Shown here piece by piece: positions 8,589-20,171 of a stretch of DNA of 64,000 bases. The stretch's first letter is position 1. The number at the start of each line of letters is the position of its first letter. Location: assembly GCF_000026545.1 (NCBI RefSeq), contig NC_011601.1; one strand, given 5' to 3'. This DNA comes from Escherichia coli O127:H6 str. E2348/69. GTDB lineage: Bacteria > Pseudomonadota > Gammaproteobacteria > Enterobacterales > Enterobacteriaceae. Made by a program: the position numbers and the translations under genes. Under the pieces are notes generated by a model. That model was not told the DNA's origin and made no database searches. It saw only the letters and a list, made by a program, of their open reading frames with translations.

Positions 8589-8789
8589 ATGGCTAAGCCG
8601 CAGTGTACCCAAACTCACCCCAAATATCAGTATCGTTTTATGGCGCTCGATCGCGCTGACCGCCAGGCAAAACCCTGCAAAATCATTGTTGAGGCCACCA
8701 GCGAGCATGAAGCACGTAAGGTGTTGGCACCTCACTACATCCTGTCACTGTCCGCCGTTTTGCCAGTTCAGGAGGTGAGCCATGTTTAA
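8589..8789 (+). CDS. Hypothetical small protein (66 aa), satellite replication-module operon
   Basis: RBS ggaga upstream of ATG 8589; overlaps next ORF. Confidence 0.5.
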   Translation: MAKPQCTQTHPKYQYRFMALDRADRQAKPCKIIVEATSEHEARKVLAPHYILSLSAVLPVQEVSHV

Positions 8790-8976
8790 TGTCATTGTCA
8801 CGGTCACCTATCACTTTTCGGGAACGATCCGTCGTTTTGCTATTCCGGAACGTTTCAATAATCGTGAGCTCGCAGAGAAAGCGGCGCAGCAGTTAACCCA
8901 TACCAGCTATCTGGATGATGGAGTGAGCAGAATTGTGACCCACGCGGCGGAAGTAGTGGAGGTGCGCCATGTATGA
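8782..8976 (+). CDS. Hypothetical small protein (64 aa)
   Basis: Strong RBS caggaggtg; overlapping start/stop with neighbours. Confidence 0.55.
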   Translation: MFNVIVTVTYHFSGTIRRFAIPERFNNRELAEKAAQQLTHTSYLDDGVSRIVTHAAEVVEVRHV

Positions 8977-9157
8977 CGCCTACCTGAACCCAAAGGACGC
9001 ACTCCGTCCGATCGCCGTTGCACTCGAGGCTGCGCAGTTTATCGCGCTTGACCCGGAGAATACCGATTTAGCCCATGAGCTGATCGCCTGGGCACTTGAA
9101 ACAGCCGCGCGTGCCTCAGCTGCGCAACGTAACACCCCGGAGGTGGACAATGCTTAA
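8969..9157 (+). CDS. Hypothetical small protein (62 aa)
   Basis: RBS ggaggtg upstream; translationally coupled. Confidence 0.5.
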   Translation: MYDAYLNPKDALRPIAVALEAAQFIALDPENTDLAHELIAWALETAARASAAQRNTPEVDNA

Positions 9158-9458
9158 TCTCAATACATGGAATCTTTTCACGCTGCCGCTGAACGGTGGC
9201 GCAGCTGAGACAGCGCCGGACGATCTGCGTCTGCTGGCCGCTGTGGGGGACGAGGCTCGCAACAACTACCTGCGCGGTGTAAGCGCCATCGGCAATCTGA
9301 TCTTCTGGGCATGTGATAACCCCAACTACACCGACCATCAAGCTGACCTGCCAGCGCTGGGCGCATTCCTGAAACATACCGCTGATATGGCGCGCGCTGC
9401 CGAATTCATGGCAGGACATCTGGACTCACTGGCTGACGGCAAAGAGGGAGGCAAATAA
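9150..9458 (+). CDS. Hypothetical protein (102 aa)
   Basis: RBS ggaggtg before ATG 9150; stop overlaps next start. Confidence 0.55.
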   Translation: MLNLNTWNLFTLPLNGGAAETAPDDLRLLAAVGDEARNNYLRGVSAIGNLIFWACDNPNYTDHQADLPALGAFLKHTADMARAAEFMAGHLDSLADGKEGGK

Positions 9459-9679
9459 TGCCACGCAAACATCGCTCATCAAGCAACCTGATCAAATTAA
9501 TGGAACGCCAGAAAGGTATAGGGCGCGACGATATCCAGATCGCAGATAATCGCCCTACATTCATGCCGTACGAGCCGAACGGAACCTACGCTACAAACCG
9601 CCATACCCGCCGTATGCTACGCAAGCTCCACGGCATCCAGGCAAAAAGAATGTGTGATCTGAAAGGAGGTCAGAAATGA
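9458..9679 (+). CDS. Hypothetical small basic protein (73 aa)
   Basis: RBS gagggagg; stop overlaps primase start (ATGA). Confidence 0.5.
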   Translation: MPRKHRSSSNLIKLMERQKGIGRDDIQIADNRPTFMPYEPNGTYATNRHTRRMLRKLHGIQAKRMCDLKGGQK

Positions 9680-12090
9680 GTGGATTCGATCACCTGATGG
9701 AGCAGGGGCAGAAACGCACCCCTGCTCGTTTTACTGCAAATAGCTTTTCTGACCTGTGCAACGCTATTCTATCGCATCGTGTGCAAATTTCCATCACACA
9801 GGAAATGACGGATGAAGAACGGCGCAAAGAAAAGCAGAAACTGTACTGGTTCTCGGCAACTACCCAGCAGGACGGGCAGCGACGTAAACCCGAAAACATG
9901 GCACCGTGTGCTTTCGGTATGCTGGACATTGACGGCAGCACTCCCGGTGCAATCACAGCACTTGTACAGGTGTTCCGGCGATACTCAATGCTGGTGTACC
10001 AGACGGCCAGCTATACGACGGATGAACCTCGTCTGCGTATTGTGTGCGAGCTTTCCCGAGCGGTTGAATCTGACTACCGCCGAGCGACAGGCGAATCCAT
10101 AGAAACTTTGTTGATGCAGGAGGCTGGATTCTCATTCGCCAGCCTGGCGGATAAGAAAGCACGCTGGGAGAACGGCAGCGATTATGTTGTCTTTGACCGC
10201 AATGTATACGGCGCTCAAAGCTATTGCTACTGTCCACACACTGGAGCGAAAGCCCAGAATTACGCGGGCGCGGTAATCGACGTAGGGGCGTTACCGGAAC
10301 CCGCCCAGCCACCAGCGAAGGCGGCCAAAAGCAAGGCAAAGAAACAGCGCCAGCGTGACGCCGCGGCGGTAATAGATGCTGATTTTGACGATCTGAGCGC
10401 CGGACCGGATAACTTCCTTATCGCCGACCTGCGCAGCGCACTCTGGTTTCCCTCCATGCTGCAAAAGGCATGGGACAATGGGGCGTGGATTGAGCAGGGC
10501 TACCGCCTTGCATCTCTCAAAGGCACCGATTTTGAGGACGACGCGCGGCAACTGTGGGTCGAGTGGTCATTGACCGCAGCGGATGGCTGGCCTGATGAAG
10601 AACTTGATGAAGTCGCGGCACAACGCTGGAATGGTCTCGCCCCTGACAAAACCAGCTATAAAGCTATTTTTACTGATGCTCAGGCGCAGGGGTGGAATAA
10701 TCCGGGCAAATGGCGAGCAAAGGCCGCGTACATTGAGAAAATGGCCCCCAGCACACGCGGTGAACTGCTGGCGCAATATTACGGCAACGTATGCCTGAAA
10801 GCTGATGGCAACATGGTTTATCACTATACCGGGCAGGTGTGGGAGCACATCGCCGATGCCGAGTTGCGCCGCCAGCTTTCGCAGATTTTCAAAGATAACG
10901 GGGTCCCCTTTACACCGTACGAGGTTAAAAGCGCGATTGAGGCTATGGGAATGCTTCTGCCTTTAATGGGAGAAACTCCTCGTAACCTGATTGGCTTTGC
11001 CAACGGCGTTTATGATCTCGAGGCGCAGCGATTCCGCCCCCACTGCCCAGACGATTGGCTGACCAGCCATAACGGCGTTGAATACACGCAGCCGGTTAAA
11101 GGCGAAACCCTGAAAAACAATGCCCCAAACTTCTGGCGCTGGCTGCATCATTCCGCAGGGGGCGACTTCGACAAAATGGAGAGAATCAAAGCCGCTCTGT
11201 ATATGGTGCTGGCAAACCGCTACGACTGGCAACTGTTCATCGAGGTTACCGGTGCTGGTGGCAGTGGTAAAAGCGTGTTCACGGGTATTGCACGTATGCT
11301 GACGGGCGAACTACACGCCACCAGCGGCACAATGGAGGACATGGACACCGCGCGCGAACGCGCATCTTTTGTCGGCAAAAGCCTGATCACCCTACCCGAC
11401 CAAGCAACATATACGGGTTCCGGGCCGGGTATCAAGGCTATAACGGGCGGCGACGTGGTAAGGATCGACCCAAAGCACGAAAAGCCATTCCATACGGTTA
11501 TTCGCGCCGTTGTCATCGCAACAAACAACGAACCTATGCGTTTCACCGAACGACAAGGCGGGATATCGCGGCGCCGGGTTATTTTCCCGTTTAACCATGA
11601 AGTGCCGGAGGCGGAACGTGATCCCCATCTGCTCGATAAAATTAAAGCCGAACTGCCGGTAATCGTCCGTGGTCTGCTGATTGACTTCGAACAGCCAGGC
11701 AAAGCCAAATCGCTACTTATCGCGCAGCGTGATTCAGCGGAAGCGCTGCAGGTGAAGAACGATAACGACCCGATGTATGGCTTTTGCTCTTACCTGCTAG
11801 GTTTGCCGAATCCCGAGGGCATGTACATGGGCGATGGGCGCATGGCGCGAGAGCCACGCATCTACCTCTATCATGCTTATCTGGCCTATCTGGAAGCCTA
11901 CGGTTATCAGAGAACCCCCACCCTACCGAAGTTCAGCGGAGATTTACGGGACACGCTCAAAGCCTTTGGTATTACTCTGGACAGTAAAAAGAGTAAAAAG
12001 GGCAAAAGATATAACGTCAATTTGTCTGACAGGGCACAAGAATGGCTGGGAGAAGACGAACTCTCAGCTGTGCCCGACACATTGCAGTAA
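9676..12090 (+). CDS. P4 alpha-like bifunctional DNA primase/helicase (804 aa)
   Basis: Walker A GAGGSGKS in the C-terminal half; size and architecture typical of P4-alpha-type replication proteins; RBS aaggagg. Confidence 0.85.
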   Translation: MSGFDHLMEQGQKRTPARFTANSFSDLCNAILSHRVQISITQEMTDEERRKEKQKLYWFSATTQQDGQRRKPENMAPCAFGMLDIDGSTPGAITALVQVFRRYSMLVYQTASYTTDEPRLRIVCELSRAVESDYRRATGESIETLLMQEAGFSFASLADKKARWENGSDYVVFDRNVYGAQSYCYCPHTGAKAQNYAGAVIDVGALPEPAQPPAKAAKSKAKKQRQRDAAAVIDADFDDLSAGPDNFLIADLRSALWFPSMLQKAWDNGAWIEQGYRLASLKGTDFEDDARQLWVEWSLTAADGWPDEELDEVAAQRWNGLAPDKTSYKAIFTDAQAQGWNNPGKWRAKAAYIEKMAPSTRGELLAQYYGNVCLKADGNMVYHYTGQVWEHIADAELRRQLSQIFKDNGVPFTPYEVKSAIEAMGMLLPLMGETPRNLIGFANGVYDLEAQRFRPHCPDDWLTSHNGVEYTQPVKGETLKNNAPNFWRWLHHSAGGDFDKMERIKAALYMVLANRYDWQLFIEVTGAGGSGKSVFTGIARMLTGELHATSGTMEDMDTARERASFVGKSLITLPDQATYTGSGPGIKAITGGDVVRIDPKHEKPFHTVIRAVVIATNNEPMRFTERQGGISRRRVIFPFNHEVPEAERDPHLLDKIKAELPVIVRGLLIDFEQPGKAKSLLIAQRDSAEALQVKNDNDPMYGFCSYLLGLPNPEGMYMGDGRMAREPRIYLYHAYLAYLEAYGYQRTPTLPKFSGDLRDTLKAFGITLDSKKSKKGKRYNVNLSDRAQEWLGEDELSAVPDTLQ

Positions 12091-12109
12091 CTTGTAAAAA
12101 ATCACCAAG

Positions 12110-12132
12110 AACCCCGTAAATCGGGGTTTTTG
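12110..12132 (+). terminator. Rho-independent terminator after the primase gene
   Basis: Hairpin aaccccg-taaa-tcggggtt followed by ttttt. Confidence 0.65.
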
Positions 12133-12149
12133 TCTATTTATTAGTCTGA

Positions 12150-12265
12150 AAGGGTGAACAGGTGCGCATACCTTAACAAAGCTGTTCACTCTAATAATTT
12201 TCTTTAATATCAGTACACTACCCGCAATAAGTGAACAGATGGACGGGGTGAACACTTCACACCTA
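12150..12265. repeat. Cluster of GGTGAACA-type motifs (four to five copies, both orientations) near the attR end
   Basis: Read from sequence; mirrors the motif cluster at 2636-2740. Confidence 0.4.
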
Positions 12266-12405
12266 TAGCGCGAAATATTTTAATATTTGCAGTTGAATTG
12301 CAATCCTTGAAAACAGAAACGCGTAGCAAAACGTAGAGTGCTGAAAAAATTTTGTTGGGGAGCAGTTCAAACTGCATGAGCAATTTTCAAGCACTCCTCT
12401 TTGTC

Positions 12406-12424
12406 TTGTACCCAAGACTGTACC
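12406..12424 (+). repeat. attR core: second copy of 19-bp direct repeat TTGTACCCAAGACTGTACC
   Basis: Exact match to 1282-1300. Confidence 0.75.
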
Positions 12425-12655
12425 CAATAGAAAAAATAGAAAATAAAAACTCAGCAATAGCAGCGATTGGTTACACTACTCAACATTCAGATTCAACTCG
12501 TAACGCCAATTCTTACTTTTCAGCCTTCACAAATGCCGCCCACTCAAACAGAGCGGCATTTTTCTTCCCCGCAACTTCAATTCTGTTTTGCGTGCCTGCT
12601 CCAGATTTTGCGATGTTTTTTTGCCCAGCGCAGTGAGAACGTGAGATACTCACAA

Positions 12656-12671
12656 CTGTATATAAACACAG
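12656..12671. promoter_or_regulatory. LexA (SOS) box CTGTATATAAACACAG in the dinD promoter
   Basis: Matches CTGT-N8-ACAG consensus; ~45 bp upstream of dinD start. Confidence 0.75.
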
Positions 12672-12716
12672 TTGTAGACTTACTTTCCTTGCAATCGATA
12701 TCACATGGAGTGGGCA

Positions 12717-13541
12717 ATGAACGAACATCATCAACCTTTTGAAGAGATAAAGCTGATTAATGCAAACGGAGCAGAACAATGGTCAGCAAGACAACTTGGG
12801 AAACTACTGGGTTATTCAGAGTATCGTCACTTTATACCTGTATTAACGCGCGCCAAAGAAGCTTGTCTGAATAGTGGTCACACAATTGATGACCATTTCG
12901 AGGAGATCCTCGATATGATCAAAATTGGCTCAAATGCCAAAAGAGCATTAAAAGACATCGTACTCTCCCGCTATGCCTGTTACCTGGTAGTACAAAACGG
13001 CGACCCTGCGAAACCGGTTATTGCGGCAGGGCAAACTTATTTTGCTATCCAGACCCGACGGCAGGAGCTGGCTGACGATGAAGCTTTCAGGCAACTTCGT
13101 GAAGACGAAAAGCGTCTTTTTCTGAGAAATGAGTTGAAAGAACATAACAAACAATTAGTTGAGGCAGCGCAGCAAGCTGGGGTAGCGACAGCTATCGATT
13201 TCGCCATATTTCAGAATCATGGTTACCGGGGGCTGTATGGTGGATTAGATCAGAAAGCCATCCATCAGCGGAAGGGGCTGAAAAAGAGTCAGAAGATCCT
13301 GGATCATATGGGTTCAACAGAACTGGCGGCTAATCTCTTTCGAGCTACCCAAACAGAAGAAAAACTCAAGCGGGATGGCGTGAATTCAAAACAGCAAGCT
13401 AACACCACACACTTTGACGTGGGTCGCAAGGTGAGGCAAACCATTCAGGAACTTGGCGGAACCATGCCTGAGGAGTTGCCGACCCCGCAGGTCAACATCA
13501 AGCAGTTGGAAAACAGTGTAAAAATTACAGAGAAGAAATAG
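12717..13541 (+). CDS. dinD: DNA damage-inducible protein D (274 aa)
   Basis: MNEHHQPFEEIKLINANGAEQW N-terminus; LexA box upstream; start set at ATG 12717. Confidence 0.9.
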   Translation: MNEHHQPFEEIKLINANGAEQWSARQLGKLLGYSEYRHFIPVLTRAKEACLNSGHTIDDHFEEILDMIKIGSNAKRALKDIVLSRYACYLVVQNGDPAKPVIAAGQTYFAIQTRRQELADDEAFRQLREDEKRLFLRNELKEHNKQLVEAAQQAGVATAIDFAIFQNHGYRGLYGGLDQKAIHQRKGLKKSQKILDHMGSTELAANLFRATQTEEKLKRDGVNSKQQANTTHFDVGRKVRQTIQELGGTMPEELPTPQVNIKQLENSVKITEKK

Positions 13542-13832
13542 CAGAAACTAAAAACTCTTTTTGTTGATTGAGATACCCGATGCGTAAGCCAAAGTCCAGG
13601 TGCGGTGAACACAATGGCTAAACATTGCACCTTTCTTTTCCACCCCTCAATTTTAACCTATTTTTTCTTATGCATTCTCTCAGACAAGAAGTCAGAAGAA
13701 TGCATCTACGCTACAGAAAATAGCGATTTCACATAACTACAAGTTATCAATTTCCTCTCACCTTAAAAAATCTCAATCGTGACAATACGCACAAATCGCT
13801 ACCCTGCCAGACAGATTTTTAGGGAGAGAACC

Positions 13833-16224
<2,392 letters not shown>

Positions 16225-16225
16225 G

Positions 16226-16265
<40 letters not shown>

Positions 16266-16266
16266 T

Positions 16267-17013
<747 letters not shown>

Positions 17014-17067
17014 ACCTGATTTCAGTATCATGCCCAGTCATTTCTTCACCTGTGGAGCTTTTTAAGT

Positions 17068-17343
17068 ATGGCACGCGTAACTGTTCAGGACGCTGTAGAG
17101 AAAATTGGTAACCGTTTTGACCTGGTACTGGTCGCCGCGCGTCGCGCTCGTCAGATGCAGGTAGGCGGAAAGGATCCGCTGGTACCGGAAGAAAACGATA
17201 AAACCACTGTAATCGCGCTGCGCGAAATCGAAGAAGGTCTGATCAACAACCAGATCCTCGACGTTCGCGAACGCCAGGAACAGCAAGAGCAGGAAGCCGC
17301 TGAATTACAAGCCGTTACCGCTATTGCTGAAGGTCGTCGTTAA
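17068..17343 (+). CDS. rpoZ: RNA polymerase omega subunit (91 aa)
   Basis: [29 protein letters not shown]. Confidence 0.95.
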
Positions 17344-17361
17344 TCACAAAGCGGGTCGCCC

Positions 17362-19470
17362 TTGTATCTGTTTGAAAGCCTGAATCAACTGATTCAAACC
17401 TACCTGCCGGAAGACCAAATCAAGCGTCTGCGGCAGGCGTATCTCGTTGCACGTGATGCTCACGAGGGGCAAACACGTTCAAGCGGTGAACCCTATATCA
17501 CGCACCCGGTGGCGGTTGCCTGCATTCTGGCCGAGATGAAACTCGACTATGAAACGCTTATGGCGGCGCTGCTGCATGACGTGATTGAAGATACTCCCGC
17601 CACCTACCAGGACATGGAACAGCTTTTTGGTAAAAGCGTCGCCGAGCTGGTAGAGGGGGTGTCGAAACTTGATAAACTCAAGTTCCGCGATAAGAAAGAG
17701 GCGCAGGCCGAAAACTTTCGCAAGATGATTATGGCGATGGTGCAGGATATCCGCGTCATCCTCATCAAACTTGCCGACCGTACCCACAACATGCGCACGC
17801 TGGGCTCACTTCGCCCGGACAAACGTCGCCGCATCGCACGTGAAACTCTCGAAATTTACAGCCCGCTGGCGCACCGTTTAGGTATCCACCACATTAAAAC
17901 CGAACTCGAAGAGCTGGGTTTTGAGGCGCTGTATCCCAACCGTTATCGCGTAATCAAAGAAGTGGTGAAAGCCGCGCGCGGCAACCGTAAAGAGATGATC
18001 CAGAAGATTCTTTCTGAAATCGAAGGGCGTTTGCAGGAAGCGGGAATACCGTGCCGCGTCAGTGGTCGCGAAAAGCATCTTTATTCGATTTACTGCAAAA
18101 TGGTGCTCAAAGAGCAGCGTTTTCACTCAATCATGGACATCTACGCTTTCCGCGTGATCGTCAATGATTCTGACACCTGTTATCGCGTGCTGGGCCAGAT
18201 GCACAGCCTGTACAAGCCGCGTCCGGGCCGCGTGAAAGACTATATCGCCATTCCAAAAGCGAACGGCTATCAGTCTTTGCACACCTCGATGATTGGCCCG
18301 CACGGCGTGCCGGTTGAGGTCCAGATCCGTACCGAAGATATGGATCAGATGGCGGAGATGGGTGTTGCCGCGCACTGGGCTTATAAAGAGCACGGCGAAA
18401 CCAGCACTACCGCGCAAATACGCGCCCAGCGCTGGATGCAAAGCCTGCTGGAGCTGCAACAGAGTGCCGGTAGCTCGTTTGAATTTATCGAGAGCGTTAA
18501 ATCCGATCTCTTCCCGGATGAGATTTACGTTTTCACACCAGAAGGGCGCATTGTCGAACTGCCTGCCGGTGCAACGCCCGTCGACTTCGCTTATGCGGTG
18601 CATACCGATATCGGTCATGCCTGCGTGGGCGCACGCGTCGACCGCCAGCCTTACCCGCTGTCGCAGCCGCTTACCAGCGGTCAAACCGTTGAAATTATTA
18701 CCGCACCGGGCGCTCGCCCGAATGCCGCGTGGCTGAACTTTGTCGTTAGCTCGAAAGCGCGCGCCAAAATTCGTCAATTGCTGAAAAACCTCAAGCGTGA
18801 TGATTCTGTAAGCCTGGGCCGTCGTCTGCTCAACCATGCGTTGGGTGGCAGCCGCAAGCTCAATGAAATCCCGCAGGAAAATATTCAGCGCGAGCTGGAC
18901 CGCATGAAGCTGGCAACGCTTGACGATCTGCTGGCTGAAATCGGCCTTGGTAACGCAATGAGCGTGGTGGTCGCGAAAAATCTGCAACATGGGGACGCCT
19001 CCATTCCACCGGCAACCCAAAGTCACGGACATCTGCCCATTAAAGGTGCCGATGGCGTGCTGATCACCTTTGCGAAATGCTGCCGCCCTATTCCTGGCGA
19101 CCCGATTATCGCCCACGTCAGCCCCGGTAAAGGTCTGGTGATCCACCATGAATCCTGCCGTAACATCCGTGGCTACCAGAAAGAGCCAGAGAAGTTTATG
19201 GCTGTGGAATGGGATAAAGAGACGGCGCAGGAGTTCATCACCGAAATCAAGGTGGAGATGTTCAATCATCAGGGTGCGCTGGCAAACCTGACGGCGGCAA
19301 TTAACACCACGACCTCGAATATTCAAAGTTTGAATACGGAAGAGAAAGATGGTCGCGTCTACAGCGCCTTTATTCGTCTGACCGCTCGTGACCGTGTGCA
19401 TCTGGCGAATATCATGCGCAAAATCCGCGTGATGCCAGACGTGATTAAAGTCACCCGAAACCGAAATTAA
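17362..19470 (+). CDS. spoT: Bifunctional (p)ppGpp synthetase/hydrolase SpoT (702 aa), TTG start
   Basis: HD hydrolase and RelA/SpoT synthetase domains, TGS/ACT C-terminus; ORF begins at TTG 17362. Confidence 0.95.
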   Translation: MYLFESLNQLIQTYLPEDQIKRLRQAYLVARDAHEGQTRSSGEPYITHPVAVACILAEMKLDYETLMAALLHDVIEDTPATYQDMEQLFGKSVAELVEGVSKLDKLKFRDKKEAQAENFRKMIMAMVQDIRVILIKLADRTHNMRTLGSLRPDKRRRIARETLEIYSPLAHRLGIHHIKTELEELGFEALYPNRYRVIKEVVKAARGNRKEMIQKILSEIEGRLQEAGIPCRVSGREKHLYSIYCKMVLKEQRFHSIMDIYAFRVIVNDSDTCYRVLGQMHSLYKPRPGRVKDYIAIPKANGYQSLHTSMIGPHGVPVEVQIRTEDMDQMAEMGVAAHWAYKEHGETSTTAQIRAQRWMQSLLELQQSAGSSFEFIESVKSDLFPDEIYVFTPEGRIVELPAGATPVDFAYAVHTDIGHACVGARVDRQPYPLSQPLTSGQTVEIITAPGARPNAAWLNFVVSSKARAKIRQLLKNLKRDDSVSLGRRLLNHALGGSRKLNEIPQENIQRELDRMKLATLDDLLAEIGLGNAMSVVVAKNLQHGDASIPPATQSHGHLPIKGADGVLITFAKCCRPIPGDPIIAHVSPGKGLVIHHESCRNIRGYQKEPEKFMAVEWDKETAQEFITEIKVEMFNHQGALANLTAAINTTTSNIQSLNTEEKDGRVYSAFIRLTARDRVHLANIMRKIRVMPDVIKVTRNRN

Positions 19471-19476
19471 TGTTTT

Positions 19477-20166
19477 ATGAACCCAACACGTTATGCACGC
19501 ATCTGCGAAATGCTCGCCAGGCGGCAGCCTGATCTGACCGTCTGCATGGAGCAGGTCCACAAACCTCATAACGTTTCTGCGATTATTCGTACCGCAGATG
19601 CCGTTGGCGTACATGAAGTTCATGCTGTCTGGCCTGGCAGCCGGATGCGCACCATGGCTTCGGCAGCTGCGGGTAGTAACAGCTGGGTACAGGTGAAAAC
19701 GCACCGCACCATTGGCGATGCCGTCGCTCATCTGAAAGGCCAGGGCATGCAGATTCTGACAACCCATCTTTCTGATAACGCTGTTGATTTCCGCGAAATT
19801 GATTACACTCGCCCGACCTGTATTTTGATGGGACAGGAGAAAACGGGCATCACGCAGGAAGCGTTGGCCCTGGCGGATCAGGATATCATCATTCCGATGA
19901 TCGGCATGGTGCAGTCGCTGAATGTTTCCGTTGCCTCAGCCCTCATTCTTTACGAAGCCCAGCGCCAGCGGCAAAATGCGGGCATGTACCTGCGTGAAAA
20001 CAGCATGTTGCCGGAAACCGAGCAACAACGCCTGCTGTTTGAAGGTGGCTATCCGGTGCTGGCGAAAGTCGCAAAACGCAAAGGTCTGCCCTACCCCCAC
20101 GTTAATCAGCAAGGCGAGATTGAAGCCGATGCTGACTGGTGGTCCACCATGCAGGCCGCAGGGTAA
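19477..20166 (+). CDS. trmH: tRNA (Gm18) 2'-O-methyltransferase (229 aa)
   Basis: SpoU-family methyltransferase sequence directly downstream of spoT. Confidence 0.9.
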   Translation: MNPTRYARICEMLARRQPDLTVCMEQVHKPHNVSAIIRTADAVGVHEVHAVWPGSRMRTMASAAAGSNSWVQVKTHRTIGDAVAHLKGQGMQILTTHLSDNAVDFREIDYTRPTCILMGQEKTGITQEALALADQDIIIPMIGMVQSLNVSVASALILYEAQRQRQNAGMYLRENSMLPETEQQRLLFEGGYPVLAKVAKRKGLPYPHVNQQGEIEADADWWSTMQAAG

Positions 20167-20171
20167 GCGCG

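Larger units (their letters stand above)
1282..12424 (+). mobile_element. P4-like integrative element / phage-satellite-like island (~11.1 kb) inserted between yicC and dinD
   Basis: Bounded by the 19-bp direct repeat; carries P4-type integrase, AlpA-family regulator and alpha-type primase/helicase; flanked by backbone genes yicC and dinD. Confidence 0.75.

Noticed and set aside
12263-12742. Three overlapping small ORFs between the primase gene and dinD
   Set aside because: The region contains the att core, a hairpin and the dinD promoter with its LexA box; ORFs lack ribosome-binding sites and overlap each other in different frames.
18127-19767. 546-aa ORF on the minus strand
   Set aside because: Antisense to spoT and trmH, both strongly supported; typical long shadow ORF in a GC-rich coding region.
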